A DNA stretch of 64,000 nt from the NCBI GenBank assembly GCA_019057475.1, contig DXJO01000006.1:1-64000 (forward strand), written 5' to 3'. This DNA comes from Candidatus Thorarchaeota archaeon (GTDB lineage Archaea > Asgardarchaeota > Thorarchaeia > Thorarchaeales > Thorarchaeaceae). Position numbers and translations under genes: made by a program. The notes below the pieces were generated by a model. It was not told where the DNA came from. It worked only from the letters and a program-made list of their open reading frames with translations, and ran no database searches. Below are positions 19,256 through 28,740 of this stretch, piece by piece. Every line of letters starts with the position of its first letter. Position 1 is the stretch's first letter.

Positions 19256-20548
19256 TCACCTGACATGACTTATGATTCGTTCTTTCTCCCACGTGACGTG
19301 GCTGCCCAGCTCTCGCAGAACCTCGAGTATTCTCGTAGCAGGGATTTGAGACCTCTCCGAAATTTCTTGAAGCGACAGGCTTCCGGTGCAGAATTTCCAG
19401 ATTGAATCAACAACGTCAAAGTCCCTTTTCTTAATTCCTATAACCTCGAGATAGGCAGAAAAGCGATCATCCCTCTCATCCATGACTGGGAATATTTTCG
19501 TTATGCGGACCAATCCCTTCGCAATCAGCTGAGCTAGTATCTCATAGATCTGTTCCCGTTCCAAGCCGCTGCTCTCTTGGATGTCTGCTATTGTCCTATT
19601 TTTACTTAGAGAGTTGACAATATTATGGCCGCCTTCACGCATCTTGTCTGGCATATTTGCAAATACAATTACTGAGTCGCGTTTGACTTCATCAAGCGGA
19701 AGCACAGGAACCACTGCATCGTATTCATAGAACGCAATCGGTCTCTCCATTCGCTCAGGGTCAAATCTCTTGATATCAAAAAAGCTAGTCATTTGCAAAC
19801 GTGTCACAAAGGGGCTTACAAGTTCTGCATACGTCTTCTCCGAGAGTCCTAGTGCAACAACAAACGCACAGATCCCCTTGTTTCTCACTCTGATAAGCAT
19901 GAATGAATTGGACGGGTCAAGACATGAGTGCTCTACCATCTTGATTGTTTCTGATGATTCGGAACTAGCGAAAGGCGGTGTGAGATCGAGCACAGCTTCA
20001 AGCTCGTACGCTCTCAAGTTGGAAACCACAACGTAGCCATCCCAAGTGACCATGCCCCCTCGCAGAATATCCCTGTTCAATTCAATCTCCGATAGAGTCG
20101 CTTTCAGATTTCTAATGTCATCTGCCGGTAGCAACGCCGTTCTATACCGTCGTGCTAAACCGGGAACTCCATCGAATTTCTGAAGAGTTGCTTCGACTAC
20201 GTCCGCAAAGGGCTTGAACACCCTTGAGTTCGGGAGCTCCTTCAGGAGCTCGCTGTAGAATATACTAACGAACTGCTCCGCAATGTCTTTCAGGATTACC
20301 CGGTGTATCTCGCCACTGTCTTCCTCAGCCACAAGAGCAATGAAGTACAGGTCGCCCTTTCGCTCCCACACCAGTTTGTTCGAGGAGAATGACATTACTC
20401 TAATTTGGTCCTGCCCGACTTCTTCGGCGAAAGAACTCACCGCTGACAGGAAGGCAGCTACAAGATCGTCAAGTTTCTTCGTTCCCATGACGCTGTAGTG
20501 GAAGATTAGAATGCCACCTTCACGTAGAACGATTATCTCCTTGACCAA
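19256..20548 (-). CDS. Longin + roadblock-like + tandem winged-helix protein
   Basis: MVKEIIVLREGGILIFHYS...LVAAFLSAVSSFAEE (longin); ILRGGMVTWDGYVVVSNL (roadblock-like); two C-terminal wHTH-like repeats. Confidence 0.75.
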   Translation of the reverse strand: MVKEIIVLREGGILIFHYSVMGTKKLDDLVAAFLSAVSSFAEEVGQDQIRVMSFSSNKLVWERKGDLYFIALVAEEDSGEIHRVILKDIAEQFVSIFYSELLKELPNSRVFKPFADVVEATLQKFDGVPGLARRYRTALLPADDIRNLKATLSEIELNRDILRGGMVTWDGYVVVSNLRAYELEAVLDLTPPFASSESSETIKMVEHSCLDPSNSFMLIRVRNKGICAFVVALGLSEKTYAELVSPFVTRLQMTSFFDIKRFDPERMERPIAFYEYDAVVPVLPLDEVKRDSVIVFANMPDKMREGGHNIVNSLSKNRTIADIQESSGLEREQIYEILAQLIAKGLVRITKIFPVMDERDDRFSAYLEVIGIKKRDFDVVDSIWKFCTGSLSLQEISERSQIPATRILEVLRELGSHVTWEKERIISHVR

Positions 20549-20655
20549 GGCAATGGCCTCCGGTGCTGTGAACCTGTGCCAGTTGGCTCATACTCACTTA
20601 TAGATTTGTGCAGACGAGCGGCTCGTATGAATCAACTGAGATTTGGAAGTGTTTC

Positions 20656-21567
20656 TTAATCAGCTATAGGTGTATCTGCCAAACCGCTGACCTCTATGTA
20701 ACTCCAGTCGACTTCCGTTCCTAGCTTCGCGAGAACCTCGTAGAGGCGGTCGGCAGTCACTCCTAACCGTTCGCTCACATCCACGACAGATCTTTCGCCA
20801 TTACATAGATGTTTTGCTCTTTCCAGCAGTTGGTATTCCTTGCTTGGCAGTCCTACCAAGTCAAGGAACGCATTGAACCTAGCATCCCCGCTTTCAATGA
20901 CCGGGCACATCTTGGCGATTTTTAAAACTCCTCTGATGGTTAAGTACTCTATCACTTCTGAGATAGCATTTTCCTCAATATTCAGTTTGTTCGTAATACT
21001 ATGGATAGAGATGTTGCCATCAATTGCCGTGAGAATCCGGGCGCCCAAGCTCCCAAAGTCTCGGTGTAGCTCATCAAGAAAGCCTCCTGTCCTTATTGCA
21101 ACGTCTAGAGCTTCCTTTCGAACAGTTGGGATAACATAAGCACTAAGATTAGAGATGATTATCAGCACACTTTCGTAGTACTGGAAAACACCTTGGACCT
21201 CGGTACTAAAGTCTTCGAAAACATCCAGGATTGGTATTTCCATCCTCAGTTCAGTTTCATACCTCGCCATGAACTTGCGGCTCAACTCCCTCAAGACTGC
21301 CCTTAACACCTTCTTTGAAGCATGATTGTCAACCAAGAAGATGAAGAGGAACTCTGGATTGAATTGCTCGTATAACAATTCTGAACCTTCGAACGTCAAG
21401 CTTCTGATGGATCTCTCACCGAATTCTGTGGCAAAGCTCGTGATAGCGCTGAGAAAGCCTGACAAGAGAGAGTCCATCTTGCGAACATTAGTTCTCGAGA
21501 AATGAAAGATTGGTAATCCTCCTGCAGTAATTACCATAAACTCTTGGACTCCGAGCTTGCCAACCAA
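20656..21567 (-). CDS. Longin + tandem winged-helix protein, paralogue of 19256..20548
   Basis: FMVITAGGLPIFHFS...LLSGFLSAITSFATE; ILTAIDGNISIHSI...LTIRGVL; C-terminus aligns by eye with the neighbour. Confidence 0.75.
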   Translation of the reverse strand: MVGKLGVQEFMVITAGGLPIFHFSRTNVRKMDSLLSGFLSAITSFATEFGERSIRSLTFEGSELLYEQFNPEFLFIFLVDNHASKKVLRAVLRELSRKFMARYETELRMEIPILDVFEDFSTEVQGVFQYYESVLIIISNLSAYVIPTVRKEALDVAIRTGGFLDELHRDFGSLGARILTAIDGNISIHSITNKLNIEENAISEVIEYLTIRGVLKIAKMCPVIESGDARFNAFLDLVGLPSKEYQLLERAKHLCNGERSVVDVSERLGVTADRLYEVLAKLGTEVDWSYIEVSGLADTPIAD

Positions 21568-21727
21568 CTAGCATCTCTCCTTGCTTCTCGACCCGAGGTA
21601 TCTTGTCTTTAAGGTATTGCTTTTCTCAGCCGCACGAATTGCTACCTTCGTCAACGCATGTGATGTCCGAAAGGTCCATATTGTCTTGCATGCGGAGCCA
21701 CATAACGCCCCGGGAAAGGTGACATAT

Positions 21728-23329
21728 ATGCTCGAGTACAGGGAGTTTCCAGTGAGAGCCGCTCTAACATACATACTATTCTCTCCCAGTGTTGCTTTTG
21801 CAATGTTAGTAATTGTTAAGGTGATAGAGGGTTCACTGCTACCATTGACGCTGCTGGAACACCACGGGCTGCTTGGTCTTGGAGCTTTGGCAGCAACTTT
21901 CTCGCTACTAGTGGCTGGCTTTATTGTTGACAGGCTTCAAAGAAAGTATATCCTGATGTTTCTAAGCGCCTTGGCCCCCGGTATCGTTGGCTTGCAGGGT
22001 TCGATGATTGGATTCCCGAATGAGTACTCCCCCCAAATAGAAACTGCACTTGTGATTTCTTCGTTTGCGTGTCTCGCATTTCTAATGGTGAGCTGGACAG
22101 TCCAACTGAACCGGACAGTAGTCGTGAAGTTTCGCGGAAAGGTTAATGCTGCATTTCTTGCTTTCGCGCTTGTGGTCTTTCTTGTCTACTATCTTCTATC
22201 TGCTATGGGAGTTGTTCTCATGGGGAGTATCCTGTTGTTTCCTGCAGTGATTTCATTTGTTGCCATGATAGCCGCCGTGACATTGCGGCCCTGGAAGCTC
22301 GACCAGATTCCGTTGGCTGTGCAGGGCTCGGTAATGAAGTACTTCCGTCCAATGGCCTTAGTCTTGGCAGCACATATGCTATGGTTCTTCGTTGCGAAGC
22401 TCAGGTTTCAAGCGGAAGGACTGGGAACTCTGAGCCAGTCGGTAGGTTTCGGGATTTTCGAGGTAGGCATTCTTGTCGTTGGTGTTGTTGGGGCCGGACT
22501 TCTTGCAGACTTCCAAGGACGAAAAAGCGCCTTCAGTACATTGATCCTGCTAATGAGTTTGCTGACGATTTTCGGATCTGCGATGTATGAATTCCTCTTT
22601 GCTGATTCCGGTTCACTGTGGGGTGCAGGCCTACTAGTATTCGAACGGTTCATAGAGGGCTATATGCTAGGTCTTTGTTTGCTATTCATCTGGTCAGAAC
22701 TCGGTCCTGCGAAGACCAAGGGTCTTAGGCTCTCCCTCGTTTGGCTTTTCTTTCTAGGCTATATGTCTCTCTTCTGGGCAGTGAATCTTGAGGCTACAGT
22801 GTTTGGATTCACATTCCTTGTCCCCGAGGAACTCACCATATTTGGAGGTAACATAGCAGTATTTCTCTCTCTTATCGCCCTATATATGATTGGGCCTCTG
22901 CCGCAGATACTGGGCCGAGAAATCGAGATGGAGGAATTGGACTTGGACTTTGATGACCGGCAGGTCAAACGGACTGTGGATGCTTTTGTTGGTAGAGATG
23001 ATTTCGCTTCTATTCGGTCGCAGCTCGATGTGTTAGATGCAGGAGCTGAGCTGAATGAGGTTAGTGACAAGGATATGAGCGATATACTTGGAGATGATTT
23101 CGCTAAGATGCTGCCGCTTAAGCGAGTGCCAGGAGTTGGTCCAAATCTTTCGAAGAAGCTTCGACGTGCTGGGTACAAATCTGCAGCCCAGCTATCCGGA
23201 GAAACTCCAAAACGACTTGCAGAGAAAATTGACGGTCTTGGCTTAGCTCGGGCTGAGAAGATAATCAGCGATGCCCAAAAGATTGTGAAAAGAACTGTGA
23301 AGCCGACGCACAAGCGGAATAAAATCTGA
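21728..23329 (+). CDS. MFS-like polytopic membrane protein fused to a C-terminal helix-hairpin-helix domain
   Basis: About 12 TM with GFIVDRLQRK and GLLADFQGRK (MFS motif A-like); acidic linker; LKRVPGVGPNLSKKLRRAGY...IDGLGLARAEKII; ATG 21728 preferred over the track start 21581. Confidence 0.8.
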   Translation: MLEYREFPVRAALTYILFSPSVAFAMLVIVKVIEGSLLPLTLLEHHGLLGLGALAATFSLLVAGFIVDRLQRKYILMFLSALAPGIVGLQGSMIGFPNEYSPQIETALVISSFACLAFLMVSWTVQLNRTVVVKFRGKVNAAFLAFALVVFLVYYLLSAMGVVLMGSILLFPAVISFVAMIAAVTLRPWKLDQIPLAVQGSVMKYFRPMALVLAAHMLWFFVAKLRFQAEGLGTLSQSVGFGIFEVGILVVGVVGAGLLADFQGRKSAFSTLILLMSLLTIFGSAMYEFLFADSGSLWGAGLLVFERFIEGYMLGLCLLFIWSELGPAKTKGLRLSLVWLFFLGYMSLFWAVNLEATVFGFTFLVPEELTIFGGNIAVFLSLIALYMIGPLPQILGREIEMEELDLDFDDRQVKRTVDAFVGRDDFASIRSQLDVLDAGAELNEVSDKDMSDILGDDFAKMLPLKRVPGVGPNLSKKLRRAGYKSAAQLSGETPKRLAEKIDGLGLARAEKIISDAQKIVKRTVKPTHKRNKI

Positions 23330-23398
23330 ATCGTGTGCAATTACGCCATTCCGGTTTGTAGAGTAATCCATTGAAATGTCCTGATGTTTCTTAAGACC

Positions 23399-24322
23399 CT
23401 ATTCAGACCGGTGTCCAGAATAGTACGCAAGACCCGTGCCACCTAAAATATCAATGCCTTTCAGATGCTTCCCGCACACATTACAAGACAATGATATCTT
23501 TGGCTCGTCGGATGCGGCTCCACATTTGTTGCATAGGGGTTCAACATCCATAACTGCTAGCTCATCAACCTTGATGGGCGTTTTACAATGTTGACACAAT
23601 ACCTCTAACAAGTCATCAGCGATTACCGTGTGGAATTGCGCCCTACAATGAGGGCAATACGCTGTATAGACCTTATGAAGGTCATCCGAATCGCACTTCG
23701 GGCAGAGGAGATTCACATTGATCTCGGAGCTTCCACATTGAGTGCATTCGACTCTTCTGCCGAATGTCTTTGGAACAATAACGCCCTCGTTATCTAAATC
23801 CTTCAGCTTGCGAGTCACTTCTTCAACATCTTGACCTAAGTAATCTGCGGCCTCAGGATACCTGATGATTCCCCTCATGACATGCTTTGGTTTGATTGAA
23901 GTCAATCTACCGTCAATCATATCTTTTACCATTCTCTGAATCCCTGAATCAGAAAGCAGCTCTTTGCCACGCGTTTCCTGGAGGAGTTCCTTAAGCCGCT
24001 CATAAGCATGTTTTATCTCGTTGTCCCATTCCTCTGCATTGAAGTTAATCTCGCTCACTAAACGCTCTAGATTCCGCTCGACAACGAGCGGGTCATCATC
24101 GTCATCAAGGAGGACAGCAATACAGTTTGGTGGTTCCAAGTAAGAAACAACAAGGCCTCTCTTCATTTTGGTGTAGCCGAGCTGAGCTTCCTGGTTCACT
24201 CCATGTCCCATAAAGATGACTAACGCTTCTTCGCCCTTCAGCTCCTCTTCTTCGGGATATACCCTGCCCACCATTGGTCCAAGAGTGTCGTCCCACCAAA
24301 TTGAAAAGATTGCTTTGGGCAT
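23399..24322 (-). CDS. Longin/uDENN-like domain fused to TackOD1-like wHTH plus multi-zinc-ribbon domain
   Basis: Start MPKAIFSIWWDDTLGP after AAAGGAG RBS; six CxxC pairs (CTQC, CPKC, CPHC, CQHC, CNKC, CNVC) after a wHTH-like segment. Confidence 0.72.
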   Translation of the reverse strand: MPKAIFSIWWDDTLGPMVGRVYPEEEELKGEEALVIFMGHGVNQEAQLGYTKMKRGLVVSYLEPPNCIAVLLDDDDDPLVVERNLERLVSEINFNAEEWDNEIKHAYERLKELLQETRGKELLSDSGIQRMVKDMIDGRLTSIKPKHVMRGIIRYPEAADYLGQDVEEVTRKLKDLDNEGVIVPKTFGRRVECTQCGSSEINVNLLCPKCDSDDLHKVYTAYCPHCRAQFHTVIADDLLEVLCQHCKTPIKVDELAVMDVEPLCNKCGAASDEPKISLSCNVCGKHLKGIDILGGTGLAYYSGHRSE

Positions 24323-24519
24323 TGTTTGGGCTCCTTTCACGAATCGCTGGTTGAGTGAGCGTGAGTTCACTGAGATGCCCTTTCTTAATAGGCTTCGGTT
24401 GACGAACCCTTGCACTCTCCGCACTGGTTCAAGTCTTTCTTCACCGAAGGGTATAAATCCGCACTGAATGGACCGACCGGTTACGAGAGCAGCTAAGGCA
24501 ACTCAAGGATGTCAAATTT

Positions 24520-26307
24520 ATGGTTTCACGACGTAAGCGTCATTTGTTTGTTGCATCGATCTTCGCATGGCTAATGCTCTCTGTGTTTGCAGTTGGAGTT
24601 ATGACACCTGCATTATCTGAAACCGCTCAAGACAACAGATTCTTACTTGCAGCTCCAACCATTACTAGTCCATCTGATATGGAGTTCGAGAATGGCACAC
24701 AAGGCGAGTGGGTCACTTGGAACGCAACTGATGCTGAGCCAAAGAATTACACAGTGACTCGCAATAGTGATGTTTATAGTTCAGGCTCCTGGGACGGAAC
24801 CGAGATCAACGTCGACCTGAACCACTTGTCATCCGATGAGCTAGCCCAAACTCTTCCCGTTACTTTCATCTTTGGATGCACAGTCTTCAATATGCAGAAC
24901 GAGTCCGTGTACGACGAAGTTCAGGTTAGGCTGATTGCTGACGAGTCCTCTCCCATAATCGAGGCTGTTATGTGGGGTAACGAAACTTTGGTGTTTAACT
25001 CAACATCAGGCGCCTACGAGGCATCCTACGAAGAAGGCAGTTTTGATCACGAAATAACTTGGAATATTACCGAATCCAATCCTGACACTTTCAACGTCAC
25101 TCGACTATCAAACTACCCCACAAACAACCACACAGTGATAGAGGCGGGGGACTGGGATGGCAACAACATAACACTCAACGTGGATGGATTGAATTCAACT
25201 CACTGGTACTTGTTCACTCTCTTCTTGAACGACACTCTAGGGTATAACGTAACAAGTTTGGTCAACGTAACGATCTATGAAGACATCACTGCCCCCATCA
25301 TTGATTCACCAGACGATATTTCCTACGAGTTTGGGGCGGACCCTTACTACATCAAATGGAATGTATACGACTCCAATCCTACTAACTACACCGTCATCGT
25401 GACTATCCTCTACAACGACACTTCGTATGGTAATCCTCTTGCGGCCCATGGCCCTGCAAACATAACCCAAAATGAATGGGCCCTTACTGATCCAAAAGGT
25501 GACGATATCGAATTCCCGGTGCATGACCTCCACCTTGGAAACTACACCTACACAATGACATTGTTCGATGTATTTGGAAAAAATGCGACAGATTCTGTCA
25601 ACGTCACAGTGTACAGGGATGTGAGGGCTCCTGTCATCAATGCGACCGGGGATTTAACCTACGAAGAAGGCTATGCAGGCAACTACCTGAACTGGTCTGC
25701 GGAAGAGAACAGCCCCAGGCTGTACAACCTGACTCGTGATGGCGAAGTCATCATGAATGGTACATGGAGCGGTCAGAACCTCAGTCTTGTCATTGACGGG
25801 ATGGATGTAGGTTTCTTTGTTTACAATATGTCGTTCACCGATTACTTCAATCAGACCTCCTATGTAATCATCACAGTGCAAGTGACCCATGACATTCATC
25901 TGCCTGCTGTCGCGGCGATTAGAGTAATACAGTCCTACTCCTCGGAGACTTGGAACAACGTCGAAATTCAAGCATTCATCTGGGATTTGAATGGCATCCT
26001 CAACATAACACTGGAATGGGGAACAGACCCTAGCAATCCTGCGCACTCCTCGATGGATTCTTTGGGTGAGAACCTCTTCATTGCATCTCTTGGTGAATAC
26101 CCTCACGGTTTCGTTGTGTGGTATAGACTCACTGTCCAGGACAACTCCTCGGTACAGAATATCAAGAGCTCGGGATGGTCTTACTTCGAAGTGGAGTCGC
26201 TAGAGTCTGAGGAAACGCCCGCACTATTATGGGTGGGTTTCTTGATACTAGGGTCTCTCGCCACCATTGTCCTTTTCGTTATATACTTCAGAACGAAGAC
26301 AAAGTAA
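24520..26307 (+). CDS. Membrane-anchored cell-surface glycoprotein with Ig-like repeats
   Basis: Signal peptide; four repeats of about 90-110 aa (P-x-I...Y/FE-x-G...W...P-x-x-Y/F); many N-x-S/T sequons; C-terminal TM plus RTKTK. Confidence 0.85.
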   Translation: MVSRRKRHLFVASIFAWLMLSVFAVGVMTPALSETAQDNRFLLAAPTITSPSDMEFENGTQGEWVTWNATDAEPKNYTVTRNSDVYSSGSWDGTEINVDLNHLSSDELAQTLPVTFIFGCTVFNMQNESVYDEVQVRLIADESSPIIEAVMWGNETLVFNSTSGAYEASYEEGSFDHEITWNITESNPDTFNVTRLSNYPTNNHTVIEAGDWDGNNITLNVDGLNSTHWYLFTLFLNDTLGYNVTSLVNVTIYEDITAPIIDSPDDISYEFGADPYYIKWNVYDSNPTNYTVIVTILYNDTSYGNPLAAHGPANITQNEWALTDPKGDDIEFPVHDLHLGNYTYTMTLFDVFGKNATDSVNVTVYRDVRAPVINATGDLTYEEGYAGNYLNWSAEENSPRLYNLTRDGEVIMNGTWSGQNLSLVIDGMDVGFFVYNMSFTDYFNQTSYVIITVQVTHDIHLPAVAAIRVIQSYSSETWNNVEIQAFIWDLNGILNITLEWGTDPSNPAHSSMDSLGENLFIASLGEYPHGFVVWYRLTVQDNSSVQNIKSSGWSYFEVESLESEETPALLWVGFLILGSLATIVLFVIYFRTKTK

Positions 26308-26314
26308 CCAGGGA

Positions 26315-26869
26315 CTAAATGCCTAGGAGCGCGATTATCTTCCTTGGCATTTCATTCCGATTGCTTACAGTGAGTTCAAGAAGCCTGACATCATTTCTCG
26401 CTCGAACCTCATCAAGGAATTTTTCCCGCCGTTGCTGAATAGTCGCTATGACTCTCCGGCTGTCCAAACAACGCCGCACTTCACAGGCGAACTCTCTTGA
26501 GAAGAGCTCCATTTTTGCAATCTCATCGATGATGATTAGCTTGTCTGACTCCCGAGCGCTAACAAGAGAGGGCACAGCAATCTCATTGATGTCCTTGATG
26601 TTGACAAAGTACCGACCAAGTCTTGGTCCTGAGCTTAGCCCACAGTGCGCGAGAACACCCGTTTGACCAGACAGTGTTTCGATTGAGAACCCTACTCTAC
26701 GTCCACCTTCTCGAATTTCTTTTGACCAGAATCCTCCAGCTTTACTTGGACTCAGTTTCTCCACCAACGCCCTGATGAGTGTGGTCTTGCCAATGCCGGG
26801 ACGCCCCGTTAGAAGTAGATTCTTTCGCACATCTAATTCTGACCTAAATTCAGGTTGCGGGCTCGGCAT
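26315..26869 (-). CDS. Nucleoside-triphosphatase, THEP1/NTPase_1 family
   Basis: LLTGRPGIGKTT, GGFWSKEIREGGRRVGF, IIIDEIAKMEL. Confidence 0.92.
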   Translation of the reverse strand: MPSPQPEFRSELDVRKNLLLTGRPGIGKTTLIRALVEKLSPSKAGGFWSKEIREGGRRVGFSIETLSGQTGVLAHCGLSSGPRLGRYFVNIKDINEIAVPSLVSARESDKLIIIDEIAKMELFSREFACEVRRCLDSRRVIATIQQRREKFLDEVRARNDVRLLELTVSNRNEMPRKIIALLGI

Positions 26870-26890
26870 CTCTGGTTGTCCTCCGACCAG

Positions 26891-27964
26891 TTAATGGCTT
26901 GGGCTGAGTTTGTAGTGGCGAATAGCCTTGGACCGTGCTATTCGCTCAATAATCCGTAGCGATTTCGCTTCCAACAGACTCGCCTTTATGAGTCCTGCAG
27001 CCAGGGTCTCTTGAAATATGTGCTCCCCTCGAATTGTCCTGATCAGAACGGTAGTCCATCCGTCTTCCGATCCAATGTTACCGCAAGAGATGTCTGCATT
27101 CTTACATGTCAAATCCTGACAATAGGAGCACGATTTCGCTGCCACAGGATTGAGGTCTCCAACTGACCACTCTCTTTCGTTTCCAGAAAGTACGACACGG
27201 AACTTACCGCCGGATATAGCCATCCTATCAATATCTTTGATGTCAATCCCTTCATCTTTCAGGAATTGTGCGAGACCTACATAATCGAAGGACTCCATGC
27301 AGAACAAACCTATTTTGATGACATCAGCGCCCATGTCCATTTGGAAATATCCCGCTGGATGCTTCTCCATGTTGTCTATGGCATCTATGCTACAGGAAGT
27401 ACCGACTACGCAGATTGTGGAGAGCCCCTCTCGATAACCTCTCATCATTTCCTGAACGATTGGAGCATGTGTGTAGATTGTGCCTCCACATTCTGAAAGC
27501 TTGTTCTTGTCTGTAACGAGCTTGGCAACTGGCATCCACGGGCTTTTAGGGTCATGGCAAGCCACCACAGCGCCATCTGCAATAGCTTGATCCAGCATAT
27601 ATGCTAAAAATGCAGTGACTGCTCCTCCGTCCTGACGTTTTCCCGTTTCATCAAGAGACCTCACTTTCCAGGCACTTCGGAACTCTCCTACTAGTTCACT
27701 CCAAAGCACCTTGGTTCTAGGACAGATTGCGTAGCACATCCCGCATGAAACACATTCGCCTGTGAGAGTGGGTACGAATTTTCCGCTTGTCCGGTCTCCC
27801 ACTAATACTTCCACAGGACAATTTGAAACACAAGCACCGCACTCAGTACATATCCCCGGCTGAATGATCTCCTTGTCGAGCTTCCTGAATGCATGACGTT
27901 TCGTGTTCTTCTTGAGCCATCGTTGTCCTCTTGATAGGCTCTGCTGAACGTTAGGTGACATCAC
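26891..27964 (-). CDS. Coenzyme F420 hydrogenase/dehydrogenase beta-subunit family protein with 2x[4Fe-4S] N-terminus
   Basis: CTECGACVSNCP, CVSCGMCYAICP, QDGGAVTA, VGTSC, IGLFCME, CSYCQD, ADISCG. Confidence 0.9.
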   Translation of the reverse strand: MMSPNVQQSLSRGQRWLKKNTKRHAFRKLDKEIIQPGICTECGACVSNCPVEVLVGDRTSGKFVPTLTGECVSCGMCYAICPRTKVLWSELVGEFRSAWKVRSLDETGKRQDGGAVTAFLAYMLDQAIADGAVVACHDPKSPWMPVAKLVTDKNKLSECGGTIYTHAPIVQEMMRGYREGLSTICVVGTSCSIDAIDNMEKHPAGYFQMDMGADVIKIGLFCMESFDYVGLAQFLKDEGIDIKDIDRMAISGGKFRVVLSGNEREWSVGDLNPVAAKSCSYCQDLTCKNADISCGNIGSEDGWTTVLIRTIRGEHIFQETLAAGLIKASLLEAKSLRIIERIARSKAIRHYKLSPSH

Positions 27965-28024
27965 TGGACCTCTGTGGATTAGTTGTGGGAGCTATCATAC
28001 ACCATCCCCCATTTAGCACTGTCG

Positions 28025-28038
28025 GACATCATGATGTC
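28025..28038. promoter_or_regulatory. 14-bp perfect palindrome upstream of the FrhB-like gene
   Basis: GACATCATGATGTC about 60-75 bp upstream of the start. Confidence 0.35.
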
Positions 28039-28182
28039 GAAAATCTACCTAGCGATATGGTGAGTAATCTGTGGAGGAGATTCGATTTCTCCCATTCTTA
28101 ATTGGAGATGTACAAGAAAATGGAATGCCTTTGAAAGAAGACCTGGGTGATGGACTACCAAGAAAGGCCTGAATCGTCTTCG

Positions 28183-28740
28183 CTATTTTATCATTTTTGA
28201 AGGTAATTGGCTAATCTTATTTTTGATAATTTCTTGCTGTTCACCACGGGATTCTGATTTTTCTATCTCCGCTGCATACGTGTCTAACACAATTTTCCGT
28301 TGCATAAAAGCGTAAAATGCATCGTACATAGGAAATTCTTTTTCAAGAGCTTCATGATCGGACTTACATAATAGAGGCATTCCGCTTGCTATTACTTCCA
28401 AACCCCATGCCAACGGCTCCCGTTCTAATCCTCCTGAAGTATCTGCTGCCCGAACCACTTTTTGCAACTCAGCCAATGCGGCATCTCCAGCTAAATCATA
28501 TTTTCTTACAATGGCGTCAAATGTGCAGTGCTTAATGCTGTCTTCTTCATAATGATCTAATTCAATTCCTGTCCCTGTGTCAAAGGGAATAGCTCCAGTT
28601 TTTGCAACGAAGTTCATGATTTCTTCCTTGGGAAGGAAAATAAATTGAGCCTGAGAATCGATAAACCGGCGAATTAACCAAGGGCAAGCCACTCTATCAA
28701 CATGCACGTAATCTCGTGTAATCCATAACATTGGAATCAT
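28183..28740 (-). CDS. chrB: ChrB-family chromate-resistance protein (C-terminal domain type)
   Basis: WITRDYVHVDRVACPWLIRRFID..A.FIF, GAIPFD, HCTFDAIV, VRAAD; visibly AT-richer than neighbours; start may be 28731. Confidence 0.85.
   Translation of the reverse strand: MIPMLWITRDYVHVDRVACPWLIRRFIDSQAQFIFLPKEEIMNFVAKTGAIPFDTGTGIELDHYEEDSIKHCTFDAIVRKYDLAGDAALAELQKVVRAADTSGGLEREPLAWGLEVIASGMPLLCKSDHEALEKEFPMYDAFYAFMQRKIVLDTYAAEIEKSESRGEQQEIIKNKISQLPSKMIK

Noticed and set aside
22759-23340. 193-aa Ser-rich - strand ORF
   Set aside because: Antisense shadow of the membrane-HhH gene
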